Numbered from the stretch's first letter, positions 1 through 11,389 are shown. The stretch: DNA of 64,000 nt from Longimicrobiales bacterium (GCA_035512635.1 DATKDR010000034.1:2471-66470), one strand, 5' to 3'. Numbers and translations are program-made. The notes: generated from the letters alone by a model not told the origin.

Positions 1-379
<379 letters not shown>

Positions 380-492
380 GGTTGGGCTCTGGTTGCGCCC
401 GCCGCTCCATGTTGGTTCGGCGAAGCCATATTGCTACCGAGCAACAGCTCGAAAGTTTCGCGCAGCGACGCCCCGTGCCGGGCCCGGAAGGC

Positions 493-885
493 TCAGCTGA
501 CCAGCAGCGCCACCTCCCGCGGCCTCGGCCCATCCCACTCGCAGAGGAAAACTTTCTGCCAGGTGCCGAGCACGAGGCGCCCTTCCTCCACGAGCAGCGT
601 TAGGCCCGGCCCGGCCAGCAGGGTCTTGATGTGGGCATCCGAGTTCCCCTCGGCGTGCCGGTAGTCCTCCTCCTTCGGCGCCAGGCGGGCGAGGTGGGCA
701 ACGACGTCGCGCGCGACATCGGGATCGGCGCCCTCGTTCACCGTCAGGCCGCAGGTGGTGTGCAATGACCAGAGGTGCACCACCCCATCGCGCACGCCGC
801 TTCGGGACAGGGCTTCCTGGACCGCCGCCGTGATGTCGAGGAGCTGTTCCCGGCTCTCGGTGCGCAGCTGGATGCGCTGGATCAT
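493..885 (-). CDS. YjbQ/UPF0047 family protein
   Basis: 130-aa ORF with [16 protein letters not shown] ... [15 protein letters not shown] ... GTWQ, typical of UPF0047. AAGGAG Shine-Dalgarno lies 5 nt upstream of the ATG (revcomp of 886-900 = GAGAAAGGAGAAGGG). Confidence 0.8.
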   Translation of the reverse strand: MIQRIQLRTESREQLLDITAAVQEALSRSGVRDGVVHLWSLHTTCGLTVNEGADPDVARDVVAHLARLAPKEEDYRHAEGNSDAHIKTLLAGPGLTLLVEEGRLVLGTWQKVFLCEWDGPRPREVALLVS

Positions 886-934
886 CCCTTCTCCTTTCTC
901 AGTCGATCATGACCCGGGCAGCCGCGCCCGGCAG

Positions 935-1945
935 TCAGTGCTCGAGCTGGACCGTCACGTGGCGGATGCCGAAGCGCTGAGCCATCCGGCGGTGGATCTC
1001 GGATAGCACGCGGGTGTGATCCTCGGGACTCGCGACGACGGCATGGCCGCTCATGGCGAGGAAGCCGCTGGTCACGGTCCAGACGTGCAGGTCGTGCACG
1101 TTGTCGACGCCCGGGATCTCGTCGATCGCCCGCTGCACCTCGATCATGTCGACGTGTGCGGGCACGGACTCGAGCAGGATGTCGACCGACTCGCGCAGCA
1201 GGTTCCAGCCGCTGACGAGGATGAGCACGCCGACGAAGACGGAGATGAGCGGATCGGCGGGCGTCCAGCCGGTGGTCAGGATGACGAGCGCGGCCACGAT
1301 CGCGCCGACGGAGCCGAGCAGATCGCCGAGCACGTGCAGGTAGGCGCCGCGGACGTTCAGGCTCTCGCCCGCGAAGCGATGAAGCAGAAACGCGGCGATC
1401 ACGTTGACGACGAGGCCGCCCGCCGCGACGATGAGCATGAGCCCGCCGCGGATCGCGAATGGCTCGGAGAAGCGCTGCCATGCCTCGATGAAGATGAAGG
1501 CCGCGAGGAGGAGCAGCGTGGCGGCGTTCACGAGAGCGGCGAGGATCTCGATGCGGGCCCAGCCGAAGGTCTTGCCGGCCGTGGGCGGGCGGCGCGCGAA
1601 CCAGAGGGCGAAGAGGGAGAGTCCGATCGCGCCCACATCGGTCAGCATGTGCGCGGCGTCGGCCAGCAGCGCGAGCGAGTTCGAGACCAGGCCGCCGACG
1701 AACTCCGCGACCATGAACGTCGCGGTGAGCATCAGGACCCAGCGCAGGCCCTGCTCGCCCGCGGCGCGGTGGTGTTCGTGTCCGTGGCCGCGCGCGTGGG
1801 TGTGCGGATGCGGATGCCCAGGGGCACCGGTTGCGGGCGCGCTCGCCGACGTGATGGCGCAGTGAGGCCCCGTCTCCAGTGTGCAGCAGGACGCGTCCAC
1901 CGTGCGGGTCGCGGGCTCGGCCGCGGGCGGCTGTCGCTCCGTCAT
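935..1945 (-). CDS. Cation diffusion facilitator (CzcD/ZitB-like) metal efflux transporter
   Basis: 336-aa ORF with a His-rich N-terminus (HPHPHTHARGHGHEHH), six hydrophobic segments, CDF signatures (SNSLALLADAAHMLTD, HVLGDLLGS) and a C-terminal cytoplasmic domain (HDLHVWT). Confidence 0.9.
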   Translation of the reverse strand: MTERQPPAAEPATRTVDASCCTLETGPHCAITSASAPATGAPGHPHPHTHARGHGHEHHRAAGEQGLRWVLMLTATFMVAEFVGGLVSNSLALLADAAHMLTDVGAIGLSLFALWFARRPPTAGKTFGWARIEILAALVNAATLLLLAAFIFIEAWQRFSEPFAIRGGLMLIVAAGGLVVNVIAAFLLHRFAGESLNVRGAYLHVLGDLLGSVGAIVAALVILTTGWTPADPLISVFVGVLILVSGWNLLRESVDILLESVPAHVDMIEVQRAIDEIPGVDNVHDLHVWTVTSGFLAMSGHAVVASPEDHTRVLSEIHRRMAQRFGIRHVTVQLEH

Positions 1946-2904
1946 GCCGGGGCCTCGTGCGCGGACCCGAGGGCCGGCTCGCCGTCGTCGAGCGCGAGAG
2001 CCTCGAGCAGCGGCACGAGCCGCTCCGGGGAGTCGACGCGCGCGTCGGCGAGCGTCTCGCGCGCGTGCCTGCCGTCCGCGACCAGCACCGCGAGGCCGCC
2101 GCGTTCCTGAACCGCGCGGAACGCGTCCTCGTCGGTGACGTCGTCGCCGATGAAGACCGGATAGAGCCCGTCGTCGTCGCCGGCAAGCGTGTCGATCAGG
2201 AATTCGACGGCGCGCCCCTTGTGCCAGTCGACGGGAGGCCGAAGCTCGACGACGCGCTTGCCATGCGTGGCGCGCAGGCCGCTGCGCTCCGCCTCGCGTA
2301 CGGTCGTCTGCCGTACCTGCTCCGCCAGCTCGGGGTCGTCGACGCGGCGGTAGTGCACGCTCAGCGTGATGCCCTTGTCCTCGATCTCGGCGCCTTCGAT
2401 GTGCTCGAGCTCCGCCCGCAATCGCTCGGTCAGCGCGCGCAGCTCCGGCCGCAGGCGCTCCGCCGCCTCGATCCGATGCCGCACGCCGGGGCCCTCGATC
2501 TCGAAGCCGTGGTTGCCGGCAAAGAACGCGCGCACCTCGCGCACGCGCGCGCGAACGTCCTCCAGCCCACGCCCGCTGACGATGGCGACCACGGTGTCGG
2601 CCCGATCGGCGAGTGCCCGGAGGGCGTCTCCTGCAGCCGGCAGAATCGTCGCCTGTTCCGGTCCCGGGACGATCGGCGCGAGCGTGCCATCGAAGTCGAG
2701 GGCGAGCAGCAGGCGTCCGCGGGCGCTGCGCTCGAGCCGGATGCGGCGGACCGCGGCGTCGACGTCGATCAACGGTGCTCCGGTGCCATGCAGGACGTGT
2801 TCATCATGGTAGCGTAAAGCTCCGTGCGGCGGCTGTCGAGCGGCGGTTGCCGCGGCGCTCGCGGAGCGGTTACCTTTCACTCGTTCGCTCCTCCTACGAT
2901 GCAA
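1942..2904 (-). CDS. otsB: Trehalose-6-phosphate phosphatase (HAD superfamily); N-terminus uncertain
   Basis: Carries HAD motif I in OtsB context (LLLALDFDGTLAPIV), plus IVSGRG and a C-terminal GDDVTDEDAF. The stop overlaps the CDF gene start (ATGA). The true start may lie downstream of 2904. Confidence 0.75.
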   Translation of the reverse strand: MHRRRSERVKGNRSASAAATAARQPPHGALRYHDEHVLHGTGAPLIDVDAAVRRIRLERSARGRLLLALDFDGTLAPIVPGPEQATILPAAGDALRALADRADTVVAIVSGRGLEDVRARVREVRAFFAGNHGFEIEGPGVRHRIEAAERLRPELRALTERLRAELEHIEGAEIEDKGITLSVHYRRVDDPELAEQVRQTTVREAERSGLRATHGKRVVELRPPVDWHKGRAVEFLIDTLAGDDDGLYPVFIGDDVTDEDAFRAVQERGGLAVLVADGRHARETLADARVDSPERLVPLLEALALDDGEPALGSAHEAPA

Positions 2905-2918
2905 GTCCCTTTCCCGTA

Positions 2919-3926
2919 ATGAGATCCCTTCTTTCGGGCCTGCTGCTGGCGACGTTCCTCCTGGGCGGCTGCGAACGCCGGTCTCCGGTCACGTTTGGCG
3001 CGGCGAACAGCCTGATCGTAGTGGCGCCGGAGCGCCTCTGGGAGGCCGTGCGGGACACCGTGATGTCCGCGCTCGAACCGACCATCCGGACGGTGCGCGA
3101 GGAGCGCACGTTCGAGGTCACGCACGTATCGCCGCTCGATACGGCGTGGCTGGAGCTGCGCAAGTTCCGGCAGGTTATCCTGCTCGGCTACGAGGGCGAC
3201 AGCTGGCTGGCGCCGGCGATGGGCGGCATCGACAGCGTGCCGGAGCAGCTGCCCGCCATCATCGAGGTGGGCGAGGTCTGGGCACGCGAACAGGCGGTGA
3301 CCGCAGTGCTGCTCCCCGGCGGGGCCGGACGGGAGGCGGTGGCGGAAATCGTTCCGGAGCTGCACGCTCTGCTGGACGAGAGGTATCGCACCTACGTGCG
3401 CGGGCGGATGTTCACCAGCGGCGTGGACGAGGGACTTCGCCGCGAGCTGCTGAGAACGGCCGGCTTCGGACTCACGCTGCCGGACGTGTACCGCCACGAG
3501 CAGCCGGGGGGTACACAGCACGTGTTCCGGAACCACTACGCCCAGGGCTCCAAGGAGCTGCGCCGCGGCATCACCATCGACTGGCGCCCGCTCGCGGATT
3601 CCATCTCGCCGCGGGAGCTGATGCGCTGGCGGAATTCCGCGACGACGGCTTTCGGCTTCGAGCAGGAGGTCGCGCCGGAGGCGCCGGACGTACGTCGCCT
3701 GACGGGGCCGGGTGCGGGGGCGCTCGAAGTGCGCGGCGCCTGGCAGACGCCGGCAGGCGACTGGCCCGCCGCGGGTCCGTTCATCAGCCGCGCGGTGCGC
3801 TGCCCGAAGCAGAACCGCATGTATCTGATGGACGCCTGGCTGTACGCGCCGACCGAGTCGAAATACGAGTACGTGATCCAGTTCGAGACCATCCTGAACA
3901 GCTTCACCTGCGGGGACGATCAGTAG
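2919..3926 (+). CDS. Hypothetical lipoprotein (size and architecture reminiscent of DUF4837, unverified)
   Basis: I trimmed ORF 2613..3926 to ATG 2919, which gives MRSLLSGLLLATFLLGGC, a signal peptide plus lipobox Cys. No catalytic motif recognised. Confidence 0.6.
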   Translation: MRSLLSGLLLATFLLGGCERRSPVTFGAANSLIVVAPERLWEAVRDTVMSALEPTIRTVREERTFEVTHVSPLDTAWLELRKFRQVILLGYEGDSWLAPAMGGIDSVPEQLPAIIEVGEVWAREQAVTAVLLPGGAGREAVAEIVPELHALLDERYRTYVRGRMFTSGVDEGLRRELLRTAGFGLTLPDVYRHEQPGGTQHVFRNHYAQGSKELRRGITIDWRPLADSISPRELMRWRNSATTAFGFEQEVAPEAPDVRRLTGPGAGALEVRGAWQTPAGDWPAAGPFISRAVRCPKQNRMYLMDAWLYAPTESKYEYVIQFETILNSFTCGDDQ

Positions 3927-6900
3927 ATGTCATTCGTTCACCTCCATACCCACAGCGAATATTCGCTGCTCGACGGCGCGAACCGGATCGGCGACCTGCT
4001 CGAGCGGGCCCGCGAATACGAGATGCCCGCGCTCGCGCTGACCGATCACGGCTGCATGTTCGGCACGTGGGAGTTCCTCCAGCAGGCGAAGAAGGCGGGC
4101 GTGAAGCCGATCGCCGGCATGGAGGCGTACGTCGCGCCGGGCGATCGTCGCGAGCGGAGCGGCAACCGGGACGAGCGCGCCTACCACCACCTGGTGCTGC
4201 TGGCGCGCGACGCGGAAGGATATCGCAACCTGGTCAAGCTGACGTCGATCGGATACCGCGAGGGCTTCTACCACCGCCCGCGCATCGACCGCGAGGTGCT
4301 GGCCGCGCATTCCGGGGGACTCATCGTCACGTCGGCGTGCATGGCGGGTGAAGTGGCGCGTCACCTCGCGGAGGGCGACCGCGCCAGGGCGCGCGACGTC
4401 GCCGCGTGGTACGCGGAGCTCTTCGACGGGCGCTACTACCTGGAGGTGCAGGCGCACGGCACCCCGGGGCAGGACGCCCTGAACGCGCAGGTCTTCGAGC
4501 TGGCCGCGGAGCTGGGGCTTCCGGTCGTGGCGACCAACGATGCGCACTTCCTGCGGCCCGCCGATCACGAAGCCCACGACGTGCTGCTCTGCATCGGCCT
4601 GGGCAAGGACCACGCGGACCCGAACCGCATGCGCTACGACGACGGCCTGTACTTCAAGGCCGCCGACGAGATCGCGGCGCACTTCCCCGGCCGGCCGGAC
4701 GTGCTCGAGAACACGCTCGCGATTGCCGACTCGGTCGACCTCGCGCTCGAGAAGCGCTACTGCGTGCCGCGTTTCCCGCTGCCGTCCGACGTCGAATCCG
4801 AAGCGGAGATGCTGCGCCGGCTCACATTCGAGGGCGCGCGCGAGCGCTTCGGAGCCGAGCTGCGCCCCGATATCGTCGAGCGCCTCGACTACGAGCTGCG
4901 CGTCATCAGCGAGTCGGACACGGACTACTCCGGCTACTTCCTGATCACGCAGGACTTCATCCGCTGGGCCAAGGCGCGCGGCATTCCGGTGGGTCCGGGC
5001 CGCGGCTCGGCCGCGGGCTCGCTCGTCGCCTACAGCCTCCAGATCACGGACCTGGACCCGATCGAGTTCGACCTGCTGTTCGAGCGCTTCCTGAATCCGG
5101 ACCGCGTGTCGATGCCCGACATCGACATCGATTTCTGCTACGAGCGGCGCGGCGAAGTCATCGACTACGTGCGCGAGAAGTACGGCCGCGACTCGGTGGG
5201 CCAGATCATCACGTTCGGCACCATGAAGTCGCGTGCTGTCGTGCGCGACGTCGGCCGCGTGCTCGGCTTCGAGCCGGCCGAGACGGATCGGCTGGCGAAG
5301 CTGATTCCGAATTCGCCGAACATGTCGCTCACGCTCGCGCAAGCGGTCGAGCAGGTGGGCGAGCTGCGAGAGCTGTACAACGCGGACGAGCGCGTGCGCC
5401 GGCTGGTCGAGTACGCGAAGACGCTCGAGGGGCTGTCGCGGCACGCGAGCGTGCACGCCGCGGGCGTCGTCATCGCCCCCGGCCCGCTCGACGATTACGT
5501 GCCCGTCTGCACGCAGCCCGGGAAGGGCGCCGCCGACGACGTGCTGGTCACGCAGTGGGACATGAACGCGCTCGAGCAGGTCGGGATGCTGAAGATGGAC
5601 TTCCTGGGCCTGAAGACGCTGACGGTGATCCACGACGCGGTGCAGTGGATCGAGCGGCGGCACGGCGCGCTGAAGCATCCGCACAGCGGCGAGTCGTATG
5701 GGAAGATCATGGACCTGCCGCTCGACGACGAAGGCGTCTACCAGATGCTGGCGCGTGGCGGCACCGTGGGCGTCTTCCAGTTCGAGTCTTCGCTGGCGAC
5801 GGACAAGCTCCGCTCGATGAAATGCGACCGCTTCGAGGATCTGGTCGCCACGAACGCGCTCATCCGCCCGGGTCCGCTCGACAGCGGCATGACGGACGTG
5901 TTCATCCGCCGGAAGCTGGGTCGCGAGGCGGTGCGGTACCCGCACCCCGACCTGGTGGAGGTGCTGGAGCCGACGTACGGCGTCATCACCTACCAGGAAC
6001 AGGTGATGCGGATCGCGCAGGTGCTGGCGGGCTTCACGCTGGCCGAAGCGGACGTGCTGCGGAAGGCGGTCGGCAAGAAGGACGCGGAGCTGATCCAGGA
6101 GGAGCTGGCGAAGTTCACGACGCGCGCAGTGGAGCGCGGCGTGGAGCGTGCGCTGGCGGCAGAGCTGGCGGACCAGATCGAGACGTTCGGCCGTTACGGC
6201 TTCAACCGCGCGCACTCGGCGGCGTACGCGCTGCTCAGCTACCAGACCGCGTGGCTGAAGCGCTACTACCCGGCCGAATTCATGGCGGCGATGCTGTCGT
6301 CGGTCGTGGACAGGACGGAGGATGTCGTCAAGTATATCGGCGAGTGCCGGGAGCTGGGTCGCTACATCGACGGCTTCGAGGACGGCATTTCCGTGCTGGC
6401 GCCGTCCGTGAACGAATCGGACTGGAAGTTCACGCCGGTGTCGGCCACGCAGGTCCGCTTCGGTCTCGGCGCCGTGCGCGGCCTGGGTGAGGCGGCGGTG
6501 AATTCGATCCTCACGGCGCGCGCGGAGAAGCCGTTCGAGTCGCTGTTCGACCTCGCGGAGCGCGTCGACCTGCGTGCGACCGGCCGGCGAGCCATCGAAG
6601 CGCTGATCCTCGCCGGCGCGCTCGACGCGTTCGGCGACCGGGCGCGCCTGATGGCGGCGCTGGACGGCGCGCTGGGCGAGGCGCAGGTGCGCCAGCGCGA
6701 GCGCGAGGCCGGCCAGGTGTCGCTCTTCGAGGGGTTCGGCGCCGCAGGCGCCGACGCCGGGGACGCGACGCCCGCCGAGCGAACGTCGCCCAGGCTGCCC
6801 GAGGTGGCGCCCTGGCCGGAGGCGGAGCGGCTGAAGCGGGAAAAGGAGATTCTCGGCTTCTTCATCAGCGGCCACCCACTCGACAAGTACCGCGAGGAGC

Positions 6901-7544
6901 TGCGCGTCTTCGAGGCGGTGAACACGGCCAATCTGAAGGAGCACAGGGATCGGAAGATCGAGATGGCGTGTGTCGTGACCACCATCTCGCGACAGATCTC
7001 GAAGCGGAACGGGAACGAGTGGGGCCGACTGACGGTCGAGGACTTCTACGGCACCGCCACCGTGCTCGCCTTCGGCGAGCAGTGGGAGAAGCACAAGGCG
7101 GCGCTGGTACAGGACGCGGTGGTGCTGCTGCGGGGTACGGTGTCGGGACGCGACCGTGACGAAGAGGATCCGCCGCTCTTCCTGGACGACGCCATCCCTC
7201 TCGCGCGGCTGGCGGAGGACGGCACGCTCGCGGTCGAGCTGCGGCTGGCGCCTTCGGCGGTGCTCGATCCGGATCGCGTGGCCCAGGCGACGCAGGCCCT
7301 GAAATCGCATCGCGGCAGCGCACCGGTCTTCGTCGTCTGGCCCGAAACCGGCGCCGCGTCGGAAAAGCGGGAGCACCGGCTGCGCTCGCGCAGCCTGGCC
7401 GTCCAGCCGTCGCCCGGACTGCTCGAGGAGCTGCGCGACGTCTTCGGCCGGGAGCGGGTGCGACTGGTGCGCGGCACCAACGGTTCGAACGGATCGAATG
7501 GCGAGGCGCGGATGTCCGCGCGGGCGGGAACGGGAGGCGAATGA
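3927..7544 (+). CDS. dnaE: DNA polymerase III alpha subunit
   Basis: 1205 aa. PHP domain at the N-terminus ([16 protein letters not shown]), polymerase core ([28 protein letters not shown]), and a C-terminal OB-fold region. Confidence 0.97.
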   Translation: MSFVHLHTHSEYSLLDGANRIGDLLERAREYEMPALALTDHGCMFGTWEFLQQAKKAGVKPIAGMEAYVAPGDRRERSGNRDERAYHHLVLLARDAEGYRNLVKLTSIGYREGFYHRPRIDREVLAAHSGGLIVTSACMAGEVARHLAEGDRARARDVAAWYAELFDGRYYLEVQAHGTPGQDALNAQVFELAAELGLPVVATNDAHFLRPADHEAHDVLLCIGLGKDHADPNRMRYDDGLYFKAADEIAAHFPGRPDVLENTLAIADSVDLALEKRYCVPRFPLPSDVESEAEMLRRLTFEGARERFGAELRPDIVERLDYELRVISESDTDYSGYFLITQDFIRWAKARGIPVGPGRGSAAGSLVAYSLQITDLDPIEFDLLFERFLNPDRVSMPDIDIDFCYERRGEVIDYVREKYGRDSVGQIITFGTMKSRAVVRDVGRVLGFEPAETDRLAKLIPNSPNMSLTLAQAVEQVGELRELYNADERVRRLVEYAKTLEGLSRHASVHAAGVVIAPGPLDDYVPVCTQPGKGAADDVLVTQWDMNALEQVGMLKMDFLGLKTLTVIHDAVQWIERRHGALKHPHSGESYGKIMDLPLDDEGVYQMLARGGTVGVFQFESSLATDKLRSMKCDRFEDLVATNALIRPGPLDSGMTDVFIRRKLGREAVRYPHPDLVEVLEPTYGVITYQEQVMRIAQVLAGFTLAEADVLRKAVGKKDAELIQEELAKFTTRAVERGVERALAAELADQIETFGRYGFNRAHSAAYALLSYQTAWLKRYYPAEFMAAMLSSVVDRTEDVVKYIGECRELGRYIDGFEDGISVLAPSVNESDWKFTPVSATQVRFGLGAVRGLGEAAVNSILTARAEKPFESLFDLAERVDLRATGRRAIEALILAGALDAFGDRARLMAALDGALGEAQVRQREREAGQVSLFEGFGAAGADAGDATPAERTSPRLPEVAPWPEAERLKREKEILGFFISGHPLDKYREELRVFEAVNTANLKEHRDRKIEMACVVTTISRQISKRNGNEWGRLTVEDFYGTATVLAFGEQWEKHKAALVQDAVVLLRGTVSGRDRDEEDPPLFLDDAIPLARLAEDGTLAVELRLAPSAVLDPDRVAQATQALKSHRGSAPVFVVWPETGAASEKREHRLRSRSLAVQPSPGLLEELRDVFGRERVRLVRGTNGSNGSNGEARMSARAGTGGE

Positions 7545-8494
7545 TGGCGACGGCCAGCACGAAGACGGAGGTCGATCGGATCCGGCATCAGATCGACCAG
7601 CTTCGGCAGATGGCGGATCAGCACGATCTCGACGTCGACGCCGAGGTACGCAAGCTCGAGGAAAAGATCGAGCAATTGCACGAGACTTCGTACCAGGGCC
7701 TGACACCCGTCGAGCGCGTGCAGCTCGCGCGCCACCCGCAGCGACCGTACACGCTCGATTACGTGATTACGCTGTTCTCCGATTTCGTCGAGCTGCGCGG
7801 CGACCGGGCATTTCGCGACGACGCCTCCATCGTCGGCGGCTGGGCTCGCCTGGACGGCAGGACCCTCATGGTCATCGGCCATCAGAAGGGCCGCGACATG
7901 AAGGAGAACCTGCGGCGCAACTTCGGCATGCCCCACCCGGAGGGGTACCGGAAGGCGCTCCGCCTGATGCAGCTCGCGGACAAGTTCGGGCGACCGATCG
8001 TGACCCTGATCGACACGCCGGGAGCGTATCCCGGCATCGGCGCCGAGGAGCGCGGTCAGGCGGAGGCGATCGCGCGCAACCTGCGCGAGATGGCGCGCCT
8101 GCGAGTGCCGATCATCGCGGTCGTCATCGGTGAAGGGGGCAGCGGCGGCGCCCTCGCGCTGGGCGTCGCGGATCGCGTACTCATGCTCGAGAATTCCGTC
8201 TACAGCGTCATCTCGCCGGAGGGCTGCGCCGCGATCCTCTGGAAGACACCGGAAGCCCGTGACCAGGCGGCGGAAGCCCTCAAGCTGACCGCCACCGACC
8301 TCCGTGAGCTGGCCGTGATCGACGACGTCGTCCCGGAGCCGCGCGGCGGCGCCCACGAGGATTTCGAGGCCACGACGACCGTGCTCGCGGAAGCGCTGCG
8401 TCGACACCTCGTGGTGCTGGAGGCGATGAGCGCCGACGAGCTGCGCGAAGCGCGCTGGGCGAAGTTTTCGCGGATGGGAGCCTGGGTCGAGTAG
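7541..8494 (+). CDS. accA: Acetyl-CoA carboxylase carboxyltransferase alpha subunit
   Basis: 317 aa with [11 protein letters not shown]...FVELRGDR...IGHQKGRD...[11 protein letters not shown]...[13 protein letters not shown] start/stop overlap with dnaE. Confidence 0.95.
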   Translation: MMATASTKTEVDRIRHQIDQLRQMADQHDLDVDAEVRKLEEKIEQLHETSYQGLTPVERVQLARHPQRPYTLDYVITLFSDFVELRGDRAFRDDASIVGGWARLDGRTLMVIGHQKGRDMKENLRRNFGMPHPEGYRKALRLMQLADKFGRPIVTLIDTPGAYPGIGAEERGQAEAIARNLREMARLRVPIIAVVIGEGGSGGALALGVADRVLMLENSVYSVISPEGCAAILWKTPEARDQAAEALKLTATDLRELAVIDDVVPEPRGGAHEDFEATTTVLAEALRRHLVVLEAMSADELREARWAKFSRMGAWVE

Positions 8495-8524
8495 GCGCGC
8501 GGTGCCGCGCGCGGTGCCGCGCGA

Positions 8525-8579
8525 GGTGAGGTGAGGTGAGGTGAGGTGAGGTGAGGTGAGGTCAGGTGAGGTACGGTCA
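8525..8579. repeat. (GGTGA)n pentanucleotide array, 7 perfect + 4 degenerate units
   Basis: Direct reading of 8525-8579. It follows a perfect tandem 12-mer duplication GCGCGGTGCCGC (8497-8520), which sits just after the accA stop. Confidence 0.95.
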
Positions 8580-8667
8580 GCTGATTGGGTGGGGATCGGG
8601 GAGTCGTCAAAAACACTGTGAGGAATAGAGGCGGGGCTGGCGAGGGGACGAGTGAGTGCGCTGCGCG

Positions 8668-8694
8668 CCTCACCTCACCTCACCTCACCTCACC
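8668..8694. repeat. CC(TCACC)5 array, exact reverse complement of the 8525-8579 array
   Basis: Direct reading. It ends 10 nt before the PSP1 gene ATG at 8705. Confidence 0.95.
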
Positions 8695-8704
8695 TTTTCC
8701 CATT

Positions 8705-9598
8705 ATGGCTCAAATCATAGAAGTCAGCTTCAAGGGGAATCGCCGGGACTATTTCACGCTCGAAGGCGGCGAGGTGGCGCCGGACGACCACGTGATCGTG
8801 GAAGCGGACCGCGGCGAGGATCTCGGTCGGGTGACCGCGGCGGGCGCGGTCGCGGAGCGCAAATGCAGCGGCTCGAGCGGGTGCGCCGCGCCGGTGCCGG
8901 CCAGTCGCGTGCTGCGCACGGCGACCGCGGACGAGGTCGGGCGCTGGCTCGCGTTGCGCGAGGAGGAGGAGCGGATCCGTCGCACTGCGCGCGAGAAGGT
9001 ACAGCAGCACGGACTGAAGATGAAGATCAGCGAGGTCGAGTGGCAGTACGACCGGAAAAAGCTGACCATCTACTTCACGGCCGAGCGGCGCGTCGATTTT
9101 CGTGAGCTGGTGCGTGACCTCGCGCGTACCTTCCGCACACGCATCGAGCTGAAGCAGATCGGCGTGCGCGACGAGGCCGCGCTGCTGGGCGGCGTCGGCC
9201 GCTGCGGCCGCGAGCTGTGCTGCTCGACCTGGCTGCGCGAGATCAAGCCGGTCAGCCTCCAGCTCGCGAAGGACCAGCGGCTGTCGCTGAATCCCGCGCA
9301 GATCTCCGGCTGCTGCGGCCGCCTCATGTGCTGCCTGACCTACGAGCACGGCGCCTATGTCGAGGCCCGCAAGCGGTTCCCCCGCGAGGGCCGCACCATC
9401 CGCACCGGACGCGGGGACGAGCGTGTGGTCGGCGTCGACATCTGGCGCGAGCGCGTGCTGTTGCGCGACGACGAGGGAAATCGGCGTACCGTGCCGCTCG
9501 CGGATCTGCGCGAGGAAGTCAGCCGTGCCGGCGGTTCGCTGCGCGGCACCCGTCGCGATGCGCCCGCGCCCGCCCTCCCGGGAGAAGCCCTCGAGTGA
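8705..9598 (+). CDS. PSP1 domain protein (YaaT/RicT-like)
   Basis: I trimmed ORF 8585..9598 to ATG 8705 (MAQIIEVSFKGNRRDYF), because the upstream part is translation of the repeat. PSP1 C-terminal domain present (KLTIYFTAERRVDFRELVRDLARTFRTRIELKQIGVRDEA) with a Cys cluster CCSTW...CCGRLMCCL. Confidence 0.85.
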   Translation: MAQIIEVSFKGNRRDYFTLEGGEVAPDDHVIVEADRGEDLGRVTAAGAVAERKCSGSSGCAAPVPASRVLRTATADEVGRWLALREEEERIRRTAREKVQQHGLKMKISEVEWQYDRKKLTIYFTAERRVDFRELVRDLARTFRTRIELKQIGVRDEAALLGGVGRCGRELCCSTWLREIKPVSLQLAKDQRLSLNPAQISGCCGRLMCCLTYEHGAYVEARKRFPREGRTIRTGRGDERVVGVDIWRERVLLRDDEGNRRTVPLADLREEVSRAGGSLRGTRRDAPAPALPGEALE

Positions 9599-11220
9599 AC
9601 GGCATCATCGAAGGGCGGCGCGTCTACGTCACCACCGCGATCGACTACGCCAACGGCCCACCCCACCTCGGACACGCGTTCGAGAAGATCGGCGCGGACG
9701 CAGCCGTTCGCTATCTGCGACTGAAGAACATCCCTACGCGGTTCGCGATCGGCATGGACGAGCACGGCCTCAAGGTGCTCCAGAGCGCGGAGAGCGCCGG
9801 CATTACGCCGCAGGAATGGGTCGACGACATCGCCGCCCGCTTCCGCGACGCGTGGCGCCGACTGGGCATCAGCAACGACGATTTCATCCGCACCACCGAG
9901 CTCCGGCATCATCGTGCCGTCACCGAGCTGATCGGCCGCATGGGCGCCGCGGGCGACCTCTACGTCAGTACGTACGCGGGCTTCTATTGCGTGGGCTGTG
10001 AAGCGTACAAGGGCAGCGACGAGCTCGTCGCTGCCCCGGGAGCGGGAGCGGAGGCGGTATCCCGGAAGCATGGAGAGCCGGTCGCGGAGTGGGTCTGTCC
10101 GATCCATCCGACGCGCGAGCTGCTGTGGTACGAGGAGGAGAACTGGTTCTTCCGGCTCTCGCGCTACCAGGAGCGGCTGCTGCAGCTCCTGGACGAGCGG
10201 CCGGAGTTCGTGCAGCCGGACAGTCGCAGGAACGAGATCCGTCGGGTCATCGAGGGCGGGCTGGAGGACATTTCGGTATCGCGCAGCCGGCTGCCGTGGG
10301 GCGTGCCGTGGCCGGAGGATCCGCAGCACACGGTCTACGTCTGGATCGACGCGCTCACGAACTATCTGAGCGCGATCGGCTTTCCGGACGAGCGCTACCT
10401 CGACTGGTGGCCGGCGGGCGCGCACGTGATCGGCAAGGACATAACCCGCTTCCACTGCGTGTACTGGCCGGCGATGCTGCTCAGCGCGGGCATCGAGCCG
10501 CCAGTCAGCGTCTGGGCGCACGGCTTCGCGGAGTTCCAAGGGCGAAAGATGTCGAAGTCCGAAGGCGTGACGTTCGAGCTGGGCCCCGCGATCGAACGGT
10601 ACGGGCCCGACGCGCTGCGCTACTATCTGCTGCGTGAGGTGCCCTGGAGCGGGGACGGCGAGGTGTCGTGGGAGCGTTTCGACGAGCGCTACACGGCCGA
10701 CCTCGCCAACGACCTGGGCAATCTGGCGAATCGCTCGCTCACGATGATCGAGCGATACCGCGAGGGCGTGGTGCCCGCCGGCGAGCGGACCGAGCTCGAC
10801 GCGAGGCTCGCGGAGGCTCTCGTCGCCTACCGCTCCGCCATGGACTCCAGCCTGCTGCACAACGGCGCGGCCGCGGCGCTCGAGCTGGTATCGGACGCGA
10901 ACGGCTTCATCGAGGCCCGCGCGCCCTGGAAACAGGCCCGGGACCCGGATCTCGCCGCGGACCTCGACGGCACGCTCGCTTCGCTCGCGCGCACACTCGT
11001 CGCTCTCGCGAGCCTGCTCCATCCCTTCATGCCGGCCAAGATGGAGGAGCTGGCGCGCAGCGTCGGCCTCGAGGCCCCGCTGCCTCTGGATCGCCTCGCC
11101 GACTGGACCTCCGCGGGCACCCGCGTGCGGCGCGGGGAGATTCTTTTCCCACGTCCCGAGGTCGCGGCGCGGGCGCAGCCGGCTACCGCCGCAGGCGGGG
11201 CCGGATCCGGAAAGGTTTAG
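9595..11220 (+). CDS. metG: Methionyl-tRNA synthetase
   Basis: GTG 9595 overlaps the PSP1 stop (GTGA). HIGH-type motif (NGPPHLGHAFEKI), KMSKS (GRKMSKSEG) and an anticodon-binding region. 541 aa. Confidence 0.93.
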   Translation: MNGIIEGRRVYVTTAIDYANGPPHLGHAFEKIGADAAVRYLRLKNIPTRFAIGMDEHGLKVLQSAESAGITPQEWVDDIAARFRDAWRRLGISNDDFIRTTELRHHRAVTELIGRMGAAGDLYVSTYAGFYCVGCEAYKGSDELVAAPGAGAEAVSRKHGEPVAEWVCPIHPTRELLWYEEENWFFRLSRYQERLLQLLDERPEFVQPDSRRNEIRRVIEGGLEDISVSRSRLPWGVPWPEDPQHTVYVWIDALTNYLSAIGFPDERYLDWWPAGAHVIGKDITRFHCVYWPAMLLSAGIEPPVSVWAHGFAEFQGRKMSKSEGVTFELGPAIERYGPDALRYYLLREVPWSGDGEVSWERFDERYTADLANDLGNLANRSLTMIERYREGVVPAGERTELDARLAEALVAYRSAMDSSLLHNGAAAALELVSDANGFIEARAPWKQARDPDLAADLDGTLASLARTLVALASLLHPFMPAKMEELARSVGLEAPLPLDRLADWTSAGTRVRRGEILFPRPEVAARAQPATAAGGAGSGKV

Positions 11221-11360
11221 TCATCGGTCGGCATTCCGGTACCGGTCGGGCTGCGGGCCTGCTTCACGCCCGATAGTCTATCTTTCGTCGCAGCAATGCT
11301 TTAGGGAAACGGTACCGGCAAGGTACGGCCATTGCCCTTCCCAAACGACGGAAGCGGATG

Positions 11361-11389
11361 TTGACCCTCCCGGTGTATCCGGATATGGT
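11361..11389 (+). promoter_or_regulatory. Possible sigma70-type promoter for the M23 peptidase gene
   Basis: TTGACC (11361-11366), a 17-nt spacer, then TATGGT (11384-11389), about 90 nt upstream of ATG 11478. The promoter consensus of this lineage is unknown to me. Confidence 0.3.

Noticed and set aside
3930-7706. 1258-aa ORF on the minus strand, the longest in the track
   Set aside because: It is exactly antisense to dnaE/accA. Its composition is dominated by R/A/G/P/L with no recognisable motifs. That is typical of stop-poor antisense frames at about 70 % GC, while the sense strand encodes an unmistakable DnaE.
8200-8673. ORFs translating to LTSPHLTSPHLTSP (also 8656..9105, 47079..47528, 47219..47599, 47516..47755, 47656..48213)
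   Set aside because: The repetitive peptide is simply (TCACC)n read through. That strand of the repeat has no stop codon. The ORFs overlap real genes, so I treat them as DNA/RNA-level repeats rather than proteins.
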